A stretch of DNA of 64,000 bases, from the IMG/VR virus record IMGVR_UViG_3300037010_002253, positions 17,363-81,362 of that record; one strand, 5' to 3'. Below are positions 46,697-56,404 of the stretch, piece after piece. Origin of the DNA: a virus. The notes under the pieces were generated by a model. It was given only the letters and a program-made list of their open reading frames with translations, made no database searches and was not told the DNA's origin. Both the position numbers and the translations under genes were made by a program. How positions within the stretch are numbered: the first letter of the stretch is position 1; every line of letters begins with the position of its first letter.

Positions 46697-48135
46697 GTCA
46701 CCTTGAAGACGGTGTTCTTCACGTCGAAGAGGCCCGACGGGGAGATGATGGTGACGTCCTTAGCGTCCGCCTTCTGGGTGAAGCTCGGGACGGTGACACG
46801 CGCCGTCCAGTCGTCCACGACAGTCAAGGCGACTTCCTTCCCACCGAACAAGACCTTGTGGCCGGCGGTGACCGCGCCCTTCGTCCGGTCGAAGCGCAGG
46901 GTGACCACCGTCCCGGGAGGTCCGTACGCAGGCGTGCCCCACACCACGGGGTCAAACTTCGCGCGCAACGGCTTGGTCCGGTACGACCGCACCTCCGACG
47001 CCGCCTGTTCGTAGTTAAGGTCCGCCACGTACAGGCGGAAGAAGTACTCCGTCTCGGGCTCGAGGTCCGCAACGATGTACCCGCTGATCGACTCACCGAG
47101 CTGCTCCACGAACGCGGAGCGGGCACGGAAGAACGAGTGGGTGTTCGGTCCGAGCGAGCGGAACACCATCTTCGAGGTGACGGGACGCTCGCGCAAAGCG
47201 ACCATCGTCGCATCGCCGACCAGCTCTCCGCTCCGCACCACCTCTGGGCGCGTGTCCATCCACAACTCGTAGCTGTAGAAGTCGCGCTCGCGGCTGCGCT
47301 CCCAGGTGATCTTGAGGTTGTCGTCCTCGATGTCGATGTCGCTCGGCTCGAGAAGCTCCGACGCCTCGGGTTTCGGATTCGAGGAGAGTGGGGTCATATA
47401 TCCCGTCCGCGCGCTCATCCGAGTCAGCGTGCCGAGGACGACGTCGCCGGTACCGATCCGATTCGGAGCAGCTTCCTTCGGGGACTGAATCGCCCGGCGG
47501 AGGCGAAGCGTGTCGGTCTGGTACGCCCTCTCGTACGAGTCGGCGAGCTGGAGGAGGGACGAGACGTCCGCATCCAAGCCGCGTCGCTTCGCCGCATCCG
47601 CCGCCTGCTCCCGCAGAACGGACGCATGGGCGAGCTGGAACGCGAAGACGGTCTCTTGCTGCGGGATGGAGATGAGGTCCAGGGACGGGTTGTGCCGCTG
47701 GATCGCCTGACGGAGGATGTCCTCCAGCTCCATGTCCGAGAAGAGGTGGTGGCAGAGCACCACGCCCGTCCCGACGATGTTCGTGGGGCCGAAGCCCTCG
47801 AGATCCATCGACGGGTGGTCGGGGTTGGCGCCCTCCGTGAGGGTCGCCCTGTACCCCTTGGTCCGCGAAAGCACGTCGCAGAGCTTCCCAACCGTGTCGT
47901 AGTGGGGGTGGCTCAGGTCGACGTTCAGGTCGGGGACGCCCGGGGGGACGTTCGAGACCGTGACGAGCAAGCGCCCCCGCCCGACCTCAGCGATGGCGCT
48001 GGGAACGAGAACGGGGGGCGTGAGGACGGGGATTTCGGGGTTCGGGTCCAGAAGCGCGAGGGTGAATGCCCGCTGCGCGTACCGAACGTCCCGGATCCGC
48101 CGTCGGAACTCCGCGAGCAGCGACGTAGCAGGCAT
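46693..48135 (-). CDS. Head-tail connector-like protein with FN3 and IPT/TIG domains
   Basis: RRRIRD N-terminus; LEPETEYFFRL FN3; GPPGTVVTL..VLFGG IPT. Confidence 0.6.
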   Translation of the reverse strand: MPATSLLAEFRRRIRDVRYAQRAFTLALLDPNPEIPVLTPPVLVPSAIAEVGRGRLLVTVSNVPPGVPDLNVDLSHPHYDTVGKLCDVLSRTKGYRATLTEGANPDHPSMDLEGFGPTNIVGTGVVLCHHLFSDMELEDILRQAIQRHNPSLDLISIPQQETVFAFQLAHASVLREQAADAAKRRGLDADVSSLLQLADSYERAYQTDTLRLRRAIQSPKEAAPNRIGTGDVVLGTLTRMSARTGYMTPLSSNPKPEASELLEPSDIDIEDDNLKITWERSRERDFYSYELWMDTRPEVVRSGELVGDATMVALRERPVTSKMVFRSLGPNTHSFFRARSAFVEQLGESISGYIVADLEPETEYFFRLYVADLNYEQAASEVRSYRTKPLRAKFDPVVWGTPAYGPPGTVVTLRFDRTKGAVTAGHKVLFGGKEVALTVVDDWTARVTVPSFTQKADAKDVTIISPSGLFDVKNTVFKVT

Positions 48136-48156
48136 TAGAACTCCCTCACTTCCCTC

Positions 48157-48492
48157 TCAGAGCAGCCCCTTCTCCTCCAGGAGACGCTCGACGTGCTTGG
48201 GGACGATGCACTCCTTCCCCGCGATGAACGAGTACCAGTCCGGGCCGACGCGCATCCGCAGGATGGTCTGACGCGGCTTGACCTTCGTCGGCTTCATCGC
48301 ATCGTCGGTCCGCACCGCCTCCGGGGTGACCTTCACCACGGGGACGACGGCGGGCTGCGGCGGGGTGTCGTCGATGACCACCCGCGCCGCCTCCGCCGCC
48401 TTCTCCTCGGCCTCCTCCGACTGGAACCCGCCGGGTACCTTGCTGCTGATCATCCCCCTGCCGGGGACGAACTTCTGGTTGTCCTGTGCCAT
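48157..48492 (-). CDS. Small protein downstream of capsid genes
   Basis: VGPDWYSFIAGKECIVPKHVERLLEEKG. Confidence 0.6.
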   Translation of the reverse strand: MAQDNQKFVPGRGMISSKVPGGFQSEEAEEKAAEAARVVIDDTPPQPAVVPVVKVTPEAVRTDDAMKPTKVKPRQTILRMRVGPDWYSFIAGKECIVPKHVERLLEEKGLL

Positions 48493-48521
48493 GTCTGGTT
48501 CTCCTTAGCCGAGGTTCTACG

Positions 48522-48839
48522 TCACGACCCGCAGAAGCCGAGCAGGACGCTCGCGCCCGCAGGGACCGCGCCGCCCGCCGTGAGCGTCGTGACGCCCGTC
48601 GTCGGGTTGTGGTTCGTGATGGTGAGGGCGCTGTTGAGGGCGCGCACGCCCCCGCCCACCGGGTCGAACGTGGTGATCGAGACCGGGAGCGCGTCCGGGT
48701 CGACGCCATCTGGGAGGGTGACGAGCAGCGTGTCCGCGTTCGCCATCGTCACCGGGGCCTCGAGTCGGCAGTAGAAGTGAATGACGTCGTTCACGCCCTT
48801 GGGGACGTACTTGGACTTGCAAGAGGTGGCAGTCGGCAT
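48522..48839 (-). CDS. Putative capsid decoration protein
   Basis: Beta-rich small protein directly after MCP. Confidence 0.5.
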   Translation of the reverse strand: MPTATSCKSKYVPKGVNDVIHFYCRLEAPVTMANADTLLVTLPDGVDPDALPVSITTFDPVGGGVRALNSALTITNHNPTTGVTTLTAGGAVPAGASVLLGFCGS

Positions 48840-48884
48840 GTCGAAGTTCTCCTGTTTCCTTGTGAGTTGTGGTGCCGACCGAGG

Positions 48885-49868
48885 TCAGGCCGTCTCGATC
48901 GAGACCAGATTCGGATTCTCGAGGACGTTCTGGCCCCAGATCGCGTACCACGCGATGCCGTGCTCGCGGCCGAAGTCCTCCGCGCCGTTGTCGCGCAGCT
49001 CGACCGGCATCGCCGTGGCGTGGCCGAACGAGTACTCGCCGAACATGACCGCCTGGTAGATGTGAACCTGGTTGCTCGCGTAGCCGGCGCGCAGGTAGTC
49101 CTTGAAGCCGACGTCCACGTAGTCGCCCGTCTCCGGGTTGACGTTGTTGTTCGCGCCGTTCGGCATGACGGTCGTCGCGACGAACCGCACGTCCTCGAAG
49201 CGACCGATCTCGCCCGTGTAGATCTGGCCCGACCCCGCGTAGAGCGCGGCGTTGACCCAGTCGTTGTCCTCGCGCAGGCCGCGCGCCTGGTGAGGGTGAA
49301 CGAAGCAGATGTAGTGGTCGCCACCCCACTTCGGAACGTTGCCCGTCTCGAGCGTCTCGACGCCGTCGCGGATCGTGATCGTCGAGAAGATGTCGCCGGC
49401 CGTGATCTGCGAGCGCGCCGCCTTCTGACCGCCGTAGATCGTGTTCGTCGCGAGCATCGCCGTGTCGCGGATCTGGCCGTCGAGGACGAGGGCCATGTCG
49501 CGACCGAGGAGGATAGACGCCGCCGAGAGCTGGTCGAAGAACGACGTCTGGAGGAGGTACTCCGAGAAGCCGATCGCGTTCCCGTTCTCGAAGACGGTGA
49601 TGGACTGCATCGACATGCTCATCCCACGCGTCTTCATGCGGACGCCCTCGGTGAGCCGGCCGCCGCGCTTGATGTTCCCGTACCTCGGGAGCTGGATCGT
49701 GCGACCAGGCTGCACACCCAGCTCGGTCTTCTTCGTGGAGAACTGGTCGAACTTGAGAACCGGCAGAGCCGCGAACCAGATTTCCGCCGAGAAGACGTCA
49801 CGCACCGCATTCGCCTGCTGCGAGAAGCCGGTGCCCGTCTGGGCCGCCGTGTTGAGGACGCTGGACAT
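48885..49868 (-). CDS. Major capsid protein (N4-gp56 family)
   Basis: PVLKFDQF, GRTIQLPRY, LTEGV, YICFVHPHQARGL, GEIGRFEDVRFV, DFGREHGIAWY. Confidence 0.92.
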   Translation of the reverse strand: MSSVLNTAAQTGTGFSQQANAVRDVFSAEIWFAALPVLKFDQFSTKKTELGVQPGRTIQLPRYGNIKRGGRLTEGVRMKTRGMSMSMQSITVFENGNAIGFSEYLLQTSFFDQLSAASILLGRDMALVLDGQIRDTAMLATNTIYGGQKAARSQITAGDIFSTITIRDGVETLETGNVPKWGGDHYICFVHPHQARGLREDNDWVNAALYAGSGQIYTGEIGRFEDVRFVATTVMPNGANNNVNPETGDYVDVGFKDYLRAGYASNQVHIYQAVMFGEYSFGHATAMPVELRDNGAEDFGREHGIAWYAIWGQNVLENPNLVSIETA

Positions 49869-49910
49869 GGGGCAATATCTCCTTTCGTTTCTTCTAGAAG
49901 CCCGCCGCCC

Positions 49911-51191
49911 TCAGTTCGTGGGGATGGGAGGCGTGTGGGTGAACCGCTGTTGGAACGCAGCCTGCGCTCCGTTGACCCCGTTCGCGCGAGCGAACGCCTG
50001 GGACGCAGCCACGGCGTCCGCCGCGCCCGCGTTCGAGGGATCGCTCATCACCGGGTTCTGGCCTGCATGAGTCCGCTGAACCGCCGCGAGGGCCTGCGCC
50101 CTCAGACCTGCGTCGCCGCCTTGGGAGACCTGAGGAACCTGGGGGGCCTGAGGGACGTACATCTGGGGCTGGGCCGCCGCCTGATACTGGGGCGGCTGTT
50201 GGTACCCCTGGGGGACGCCCTGGGGGACGCCCTGGGGGTACTGCTGCTGGTACTGGGGGGGAACCACCTGGGGGGTGGGAAGTCCCTGGGGCTGCATCAC
50301 GCCGTTGGGCATGGTGACGTACTGGACCGCGCCGAGCTGTCGAGGTTGAACGCCGAGGGGTCCAGGGGGCGCCCCGCTCCCCTGGCGCATCTGGCGCATG
50401 AGCTGGTCGCGAACCGCGCCACCGTACTTCCCCGACCTCACGGCCTCCTCCGTCGTCACGTCGGAGACGCTGACCGTCGCGTCCGTCATCGGGACCGGCT
50501 GGAACGCCGCCGGGGCCGTGGGGTACCCGCCCCCCGGAGGCGGCTGGGGGACGTACGCCGGGTTCTGAGGGGGCTGCTGGTAGACCGGGACCTGCTGCTG
50601 AACGACCATCGGAGGAGGCTGCGGAGTCGACGCCTGCTGCGCCGCGATCTGGCTCTGGTACCGCGCCGCGACCGACTGCTCGACCGTGGAATAGATGCGC
50701 GAGTATTCCGCCTTCGCGACCTCGATGGAGGCATCGATCTCCTCCTCCGACGACCCGCCGACCAGGGACTCGATGAGGCCCGCGCCGTGGGAGATCGCCT
50801 CCTTGAGCGCCGTCGTCCGGTACAGGGCGAGCTCGCTGTACCGGATCCGCTGGTTGAGACCCTGGATCTGTTCCGCCGCCTGTTCCTGGATCCGCCGCTG
50901 GTTCGCCTCCAGCTCCGCCATCCGCGCCTGGTACTGCTGGTCGGGAGGAAGCGTCGCGGTTCGCATCCGCGTCATCTCCGCGTCCCGGTCGTTCAGGCGC
51001 TTCTCGAAGTCCTCACGCTCCGAAGCGAGGCGCGCCGCTTCCGCTCGGGCCGCCGCCGCGTCCCGCCGCGCCTCCGCGAGGGCGAGGGCGCTCGAGTCCT
51101 GGGCGACGGGCGCCTCGGAGGGGGGAGAGGTCGTCTCCCTCACCTCCAAGAGCGCGCTTTCACTTCGGGGGTACATCCTGGTCATCCGCAT
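49911..51191 (-). CDS. Capsid scaffolding protein (coiled coil plus Q/P-rich tail)
   Basis: Directly upstream of MCP; coiled-coil N-half; low-complexity QPY C-half; start approximate. Confidence 0.65.
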   Translation of the reverse strand: MRMTRMYPRSESALLEVRETTSPPSEAPVAQDSSALALAEARRDAAAARAEAARLASEREDFEKRLNDRDAEMTRMRTATLPPDQQYQARMAELEANQRRIQEQAAEQIQGLNQRIRYSELALYRTTALKEAISHGAGLIESLVGGSSEEEIDASIEVAKAEYSRIYSTVEQSVAARYQSQIAAQQASTPQPPPMVVQQQVPVYQQPPQNPAYVPQPPPGGGYPTAPAAFQPVPMTDATVSVSDVTTEEAVRSGKYGGAVRDQLMRQMRQGSGAPPGPLGVQPRQLGAVQYVTMPNGVMQPQGLPTPQVVPPQYQQQYPQGVPQGVPQGYQQPPQYQAAAQPQMYVPQAPQVPQVSQGGDAGLRAQALAAVQRTHAGQNPVMSDPSNAGAADAVAASQAFARANGVNGAQAAFQQRFTHTPPIPTN

Positions 51192-51229
51192 GGTCTGTTG
51201 CTCCGTCGGTGTGGAGGGGGTTCGCTGGG

Positions 51230-51466
51230 TCAGCCGATGCGCCGCGTCTCCCGGACCGCCGACGTGAGGATCGGCATCGACGGGATCGACGCGCTCTCCG
51301 CACGGTCGGGGCCGAGGTTCCGCGTCTGGGCGAGGTTCGGACGCTCCGTGAGGATGGCGCTGTAGGTCGAGCCGACGCCATCCGTCTCGCCCTGGCTGCG
51401 ATCCGTGGAGGTGTACCCCGGGGCGTGGCCGGGGATCGTCGCGTTGACCGTCTTGGGCTGGTACAT
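51230..51466 (-). CDS. Small hypothetical protein
   Basis: AAGGAG RBS. Confidence 0.55.
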   Translation of the reverse strand: MYQPKTVNATIPGHAPGYTSTDRSQGETDGVGSTYSAILTERPNLAQTRNLGPDRAESASIPSMPILTSAVRETRRIG

Positions 51467-51565
51467 GTGGGAAATCTCCTTGTTCTATTCCGGGCAAGTC
51501 CCGGTCCCGCGATTCAAGCAATACCACCTGGTAGGGGTACTACGCGAAAAAGTTAGTCGGCGTGC

Positions 51566-52597
51566 CTACGACGAAGGCCACGCCCCGAACATGTTGTACA
51601 CGCCGTTCTTCCTAGGACCCCACAGCGTTCCGGTCGTCAACTCGTGGTAGTAGTCGCCGTCGAGGCCCACGCTGACGGGCGCCACCTTCGGGGTGATCGC
51701 GAGGGCGAAGAACGCCGCGCTGAAGATGCTTCCGGCCCGTAGGGTGAACTCCAGGTTCGTGGTGCCTGGGGCATTCGCTACCATGTGGAACGCAGCGGAG
51801 GAATCGCCGTCTCCAGCCTGTGTGTCGATCGCGAACCCTGTGGGAACGACGAAAGTACAGTTGGAGCTATAGGTGCCCACGAGACCGACGAGGAGTGCCC
51901 CGTACTCACCCGCTGTGACAGGGGTAGGCCCAGACGAGCCGATGATCTGCGACTGGCTTTCGACCACAGCCCTTGCGTTCGAGTACTCGGCGAAGCTCGT
52001 GCGCGGCCACACCGCCTGGTGTGTTCCCGAAATCGTAGCGATGCCTGTGGCACCAGCCTCGCCGATCCACACCTGCGCTTGGAGAGACCCGGCCTCCTGC
52101 GCGGCCACCTTCGTGTACACGGTTCCCAGGTTGTCGGTTACCGCCGCCGCCGCGATGCTTGCCTCGCACTGGATGAGCACCATCAGAAGATTGCCTGCCG
52201 TGACGGGGCTGGCCGTCGTGACAGACAGAGTGTTGACACTTCTCGCCTGAACATTGTGCGTGTTGTTCGGGTCACCGAAGCCAGAATGGATCGATGGACT
52301 TGTCCTTGGAGATGGAACCCAGCGTGTTCCATCGAACACAGGGACATCCCCGGTCGTCGGTATGCCCACGGGAGCACCTCCACTGGTCCACGTGTACCCG
52401 CGGGTCTCGTTGGGTACGCAGAAGTAGAGCGTCTGTTCATCCGTCGCCCAGTACAGTTTGCCTGCCTGGCCCGACGACGCTGCGGGTCTCGCCGAAAGAA
52501 GTCCGATCTGCACTTTCTCCTCCTCCTCCTCGCCCGCGGGTGGGCCACTCGTACCGCCGATGCTGTCGAACCCCATGAACGAGCCGAAGTCGCGCAT
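51566..52597 (-). CDS. Putative head fibre/virion protein
   Basis: RPAAS..GKLYWATD, GDVPVFDGTRWVP, GDYY..TTG.LWGP fibre-like motifs. Confidence 0.6.
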   Translation of the reverse strand: MRDFGSFMGFDSIGGTSGPPAGEEEEEKVQIGLLSARPAASSGQAGKLYWATDEQTLYFCVPNETRGYTWTSGGAPVGIPTTGDVPVFDGTRWVPSPRTSPSIHSGFGDPNNTHNVQARSVNTLSVTTASPVTAGNLLMVLIQCEASIAAAAVTDNLGTVYTKVAAQEAGSLQAQVWIGEAGATGIATISGTHQAVWPRTSFAEYSNARAVVESQSQIIGSSGPTPVTAGEYGALLVGLVGTYSSNCTFVVPTGFAIDTQAGDGDSSAAFHMVANAPGTTNLEFTLRAGSIFSAAFFALAITPKVAPVSVGLDGDYYHELTTGTLWGPRKNGVYNMFGAWPSS

Positions 52598-52609
52598 AGC
52601 AGACGCCGT

Positions 52610-52876
52610 TCAGTTGATGGCGAGCATGTCCGCCGCAGTCGACGCGGTCTTGATGATCGCGAAAGCGTACGGAAGACGGGTGCCGCTGCTGACGTTCTTC
52701 CACGTCCGATCCGCACCATCGGGGTCGTCCCCGATGAGCTTCCCCACGATGTCCCCCCCGGTCCCCACGTACAGCTCGCGCATCACGGGCTGTGCGATCG
52801 TGTCGCTGGTGATGACCTCCGCGCACGTCTTCCCAACGGTGCGGCGGTTCGCGAAAGATGCTCCATTGTCACTCAT
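52610..52876 (-). CDS. Head spike base protein (RcGTA Rcc01079-like)
   Basis: ITSDT...RELYVGTGGDI...TWKNVSSGTRLP...TA pattern. Confidence 0.65.
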   Translation of the reverse strand: MSDNGASFANRRTVGKTCAEVITSDTIAQPVMRELYVGTGGDIVGKLIGDDPDGADRTWKNVSSGTRLPYAFAIIKTASTAADMLAIN

Positions 52877-54993
52877 TAGAATCGACCACCTTCCTTGCCG
52901 GGTTCAGGAGGTCGACCCCCCATCGGTCCCGGGACGCTGCCCATGACGTTGTTGACGCCTCCCCACGGTTTCTGCTGCTGGGGAGGAGGACTTACGGGGG
53001 GAGCCGCCTCCGCCTGCGCGCGCTTCATTCGCTTCGCGATGGCGGTCGCGTCTTTCGCGATCTCGGGGATCCTCTCCCGACACCACTCCGCGTCCACCAA
53101 CCCGTTCTGAAGGTAGAGGCCGAAGAGGGTGGCCTGGATCATCTCGTCCTTCGGGAGAGGATCCGGAAGATCCACCGTCGTTTCGAACGGGTTCAGGTAT
53201 GCAGGACGAGTGCACCCCGTGGGGACAAGGAACTTGCTCTCCTTCTCCTCCGCCACGACCTCGCCCGTCGTGGGGTGCAGGAACTTCTTCACGATGAAGA
53301 CGTCCTCGGGCTCCTCCGGGACCTCGATCTCGTCCATGTCGAGCTGATGGACCCTCATCCCGAGGGGTAGTACGCCATCGCCGCCCGACTCCGGACTCTG
53401 CTGCGCCGCCTCCTCGCCCGATGGCGAGGTCTCCTCTTCGCCCTCCGGGGTCTTCGTCGCGCTCTCCTCCGTGAACCGCGCAGCGAGCGCCTCCTGGATG
53501 ACCGAGTAGTCCCAGAAGGACCGCTGCTGGGTCATCAACTCCCGCGCGATCTGATCGTAAGGAGCCTCTCTCACTTCCCCGCCGAACCCGTACTGGCGCC
53601 AGAACTTGATGCGCAGCTTGACAGGGTCCTCGAAGTCGCCGGTCTGCTTGTCGATGTGGTAGCAGCGGCGCTGACGCAGGGGGACGTCATTGTACTGCTG
53701 CGCCTCGTTGTCCCACACCTTCGTGGTCTTGCCGGGCACCTCCACCTCCACGATCCGCCCGCCACACGTCTTGCACAGGTCAAAGGGGAGATTGATGAGG
53801 CCCTGCTGGTGACCGATGCGCAGGATGAAGTAGTTGATCCGCTCCAGGCCCGGCTTGAACTCGATCGCCTTCCGGCGCGTCTTCTCGATGAGTGGTTGGT
53901 ACTGGAGGTGAAGCGCCACGCCTGACGTGTTCGAGATAGGCTGCATCTTCCCGAGGGATCCCTCGGGGATGTCCGCCAGCTCGTGCATGGTCGTCTTGAC
54001 CCGGTCCAAGTAGTGCTGGGTCGCCATCATGTCGGTGTCGAGCTTGAGGGTCTCGACGCGCGAATCCGTCGGCAGGCCGCTCCACACCGCGCGCGGTCCG
54101 CGCTCAAGCGCCTTCGCCTTCACGCCGAACAGCATCGTGACCGGGGCCGCCTGGTAGTTGATCACGTCGCTGACGTCCGTGGTCTTCTCGTTCAACTCCC
54201 GCTGGAGGTCGAAGATGTCCTGCCCATCGCTCAACCCGTAGTACTCGCGGGGCACGGCGATGTTGGGGATGTGGACGAGGGGGATCTCCCCGAGCGCGTT
54301 CGGTCGGATGACCGGGGGGCCGCCGTGGACCTGCTCTACGATCACGTCGGCGGTGATGATCTGGGAGAACCGCTTCGTGTTGAGCTGCCTCCCCGCCCGG
54401 TTCCGCGCCGACATGTCCGCGCTGGCGGGCTCGGAGTAGTAGATGGTCTCGATTCGCACCGAGAGGAGCTTGCGGATGTCGAGGGGGTCCCACGTCGGGA
54501 AGACCTGCTCCGACCCGAGGAGCTGGAGACGAACCTGGCCCTGCGCGTACGGGTTGACCCGCTTCTGGAGAGGCGTGGGCTCATCCTTCGTGATGAGAAC
54601 GAACCCATCTCCAGTGACGCCGGCAGTCACCCCGAGGTTCGTGGTGAACTGCTCCTTGTGGTTGTACTCCCAGACCTCCTCCAGGAAGGGTAGGGTGATC
54701 TCCTCAACCGCCTTCGGGGTTCGCAGCACGAACTCTTTCCCGCAAAGGAAGGCGACGGACTTGTCGATGAACTTGCGAACGTAGTTGAAGGTGACGAGAG
54801 GCTCACCATCCTCTCGCTTGAACCCCCACTGGCGGCCCAGGTAGAACCGCCACCCCTCGTTGTACCGCTGGATCCGCATCAGCTCGGCCTGCTCCAGGTC
54901 GAGGTACACGCCGAGCTGCGCGGGTTCGATGCCCCTCTGGAACGGAATCGCCGTACCGGAACTACCAGAGGCCGAAAAGAAGGAGAGGGGCAT
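52876..54993 (-). CDS. Portal protein (SPP1 gp6-like) with internal insertion
   Basis: WRFYLGRQ, FNYVRKFIDK, NALGEIPLVHIPN, YGLSD, SNTSGVALHLQYQPL, DPLPKD. Confidence 0.88.
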   Translation of the reverse strand: MPLSFFSASGSSGTAIPFQRGIEPAQLGVYLDLEQAELMRIQRYNEGWRFYLGRQWGFKREDGEPLVTFNYVRKFIDKSVAFLCGKEFVLRTPKAVEEITLPFLEEVWEYNHKEQFTTNLGVTAGVTGDGFVLITKDEPTPLQKRVNPYAQGQVRLQLLGSEQVFPTWDPLDIRKLLSVRIETIYYSEPASADMSARNRAGRQLNTKRFSQIITADVIVEQVHGGPPVIRPNALGEIPLVHIPNIAVPREYYGLSDGQDIFDLQRELNEKTTDVSDVINYQAAPVTMLFGVKAKALERGPRAVWSGLPTDSRVETLKLDTDMMATQHYLDRVKTTMHELADIPEGSLGKMQPISNTSGVALHLQYQPLIEKTRRKAIEFKPGLERINYFILRIGHQQGLINLPFDLCKTCGGRIVEVEVPGKTTKVWDNEAQQYNDVPLRQRRCYHIDKQTGDFEDPVKLRIKFWRQYGFGGEVREAPYDQIARELMTQQRSFWDYSVIQEALAARFTEESATKTPEGEEETSPSGEEAAQQSPESGGDGVLPLGMRVHQLDMDEIEVPEEPEDVFIVKKFLHPTTGEVVAEEKESKFLVPTGCTRPAYLNPFETTVDLPDPLPKDEMIQATLFGLYLQNGLVDAEWCRERIPEIAKDATAIAKRMKRAQAEAAPPVSPPPQQQKPWGGVNNVMGSVPGPMGGRPPEPGKEGGRF

Positions 54994-55016
54994 GATTGTC
55001 TCTTACTTGTTGGGGG

Positions 55017-55484
55017 TCAGGCAGCGCCGAAGTTGTAGACGGTGACGTCGCTCAGGTCGAGCACCTCGATTCCAGTCCCGCCCACCCAGGCGTTGACGGT
55101 GACCGTCGTCGCGTCCTTCCGCACGACGGACAGCTCGCCCTCGGTCCCGCGCGAAGCGCTTCGCACGACGCAGAGACGGTCGGTCGCCGCGCTGGCGAGC
55201 GCGATGTCCTTCGTCCCGAGGACGAGCGTGCCGCGTGCAGAGGTCGGATCGACCTTGAGGTCCGGGATCGCAAGCGTCTCGGGGGCGAGGCGCATCGTAC
55301 GGAACGGGGGACCGTTCTCGTACTGGGCCACGTCCACCGCCACGCCGTTCCCGTCGCGGCAGTCGATGGTGACGCGCAGCCCCGGCGACTTCTGAAAGTC
55401 GTACGAGAGGCCGAGCATGTCGAAGATCCGCCCGAAGAGATTCCGAACGGGCGCAACCGTGTTTGGGCTGAACTGGGAAGTCAT
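55017..55484 (-). CDS. Hypothetical virion protein (paralogue A)
   Basis: Aligns by eye with the adjacent gene (RDG, GTLV.G.KDI, VVRKD..TVTV). Confidence 0.6.
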   Translation of the reverse strand: MTSQFSPNTVAPVRNLFGRIFDMLGLSYDFQKSPGLRVTIDCRDGNGVAVDVAQYENGPPFRTMRLAPETLAIPDLKVDPTSARGTLVLGTKDIALASAATDRLCVVRSASRGTEGELSVVRKDATTVTVNAWVGGTGIEVLDLSDVTVYNFGAA

Positions 55485-55494
55485 CGCGCTTCCC

Positions 55495-55968
55495 TCACGC
55501 CTGACCGAGGTTGAACGCCTCGACGACCGACGTGTCCAGCGTCTCGACCGTCGTGCCGTTCTTCCGGTACGAGGTCACGGTGACGGTGCTGTTGTCCTTC
55601 CGGACCACCGCGAGGTTCACGCCGGGCACGCCATCCGGGGTCACGAGGCGCACCGCGAGGGTGTCCCCCTCCACGTTGGCGAGCGTGATGTCTTTCACCC
55701 CCGCGACGAGGGTGCCCGCGACCGGGATCTTCGTGTTGACCGGGATCGTCACGGAGCCGACGAGGGGGTTCGGGTTGAGAGACGCAGGAAGACCCTTATC
55801 GAACCCCTCCACCCTCGCCGAAATGCTGTCGCCATCCCTCGACTCGATCGTGAGGCGGAAGCCGGCCGAGGACGAGAGGTCCACGTTCAGGCCGAACGAC
55901 TTGAGGACGATGGTGAGGAACCGCTGGAGCCGGACCGACGTGCCGGCGTTGAACTTCGAGTGAATCAT
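55495..55968 (-). CDS. Hypothetical virion protein (paralogue B)
   Basis: AAGGAG RBS before MIHSKF; paralogue of 55017-55484. Confidence 0.6.
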   Translation of the reverse strand: MIHSKFNAGTSVRLQRFLTIVLKSFGLNVDLSSSAGFRLTIESRDGDSISARVEGFDKGLPASLNPNPLVGSVTIPVNTKIPVAGTLVAGVKDITLANVEGDTLAVRLVTPDGVPGVNLAVVRKDNSTVTVTSYRKNGTTVETLDTSVVEAFNLGQA

Positions 55969-55981
55969 TTGAGACTCCTTC

Positions 55982-56404
55982 CTAGTGCTTCTTGTTGGTG
56001 AACCAGCCCCAGATGAGGGTGCCGACCGTGAGGATGACCGCGATGGCTCGCTCCCATCCCCACTTCTTCCACGCGCCGCGCGATTCGTTGGCCCGCTCGA
56101 TCGCCGCGTTGCGCTGCCTGACCTCCGCCTCGTGGGCGTCTTCGAGGCGGCGCACACGCTCCCCAAGAGGACCGATCACGGGGCACCTGTTCGTGTGGTC
56201 GTCGTCACGCTCCTCGAGCCTGGTCACGCGCTCCTCGAGAGAGGCTTGGGAGACCTTGATCCCCTCGACGGCTACCCTCGTGGCTACGACTTCCTTTCCC
56301 TGCGCTTCCACGCGACGGTCGAGACCTTGAAGGAGTAGCTCCCGGTTCGCCCCACTCGCGTGTACCTCCCGAAGGAGGCGCAGTACCTCCGCTTCATTCG
56401 ACAT
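55982..56404 (-). CDS. Coiled-coil protein with C-terminal TM (XhlA/holin-like)
   Basis: ERVTRLEE/ERVRRLE repeats and C-terminal hydrophobic helix. Confidence 0.55.
   Translation of the reverse strand: MSNEAEVLRLLREVHASGANRELLLQGLDRRVEAQGKEVVATRVAVEGIKVSQASLEERVTRLEERDDDHTNRCPVIGPLGERVRRLEDAHEAEVRQRNAAIERANESRGAWKKWGWERAIAVILTVGTLIWGWFTNKKH

Noticed and set aside
42433-51365. Very long plus-strand ORFs (e.g. 42433-45372, 48486-51365; also 28252-30780)
   Set aside because: Antisense shadows of GC-rich minus-strand genes; R/G/V-rich translations without motifs
53200-53790. Second intein in the portal insertion
   Set aside because: No intein block A, TxxH or terminal HN/GN-C/S/T motifs found
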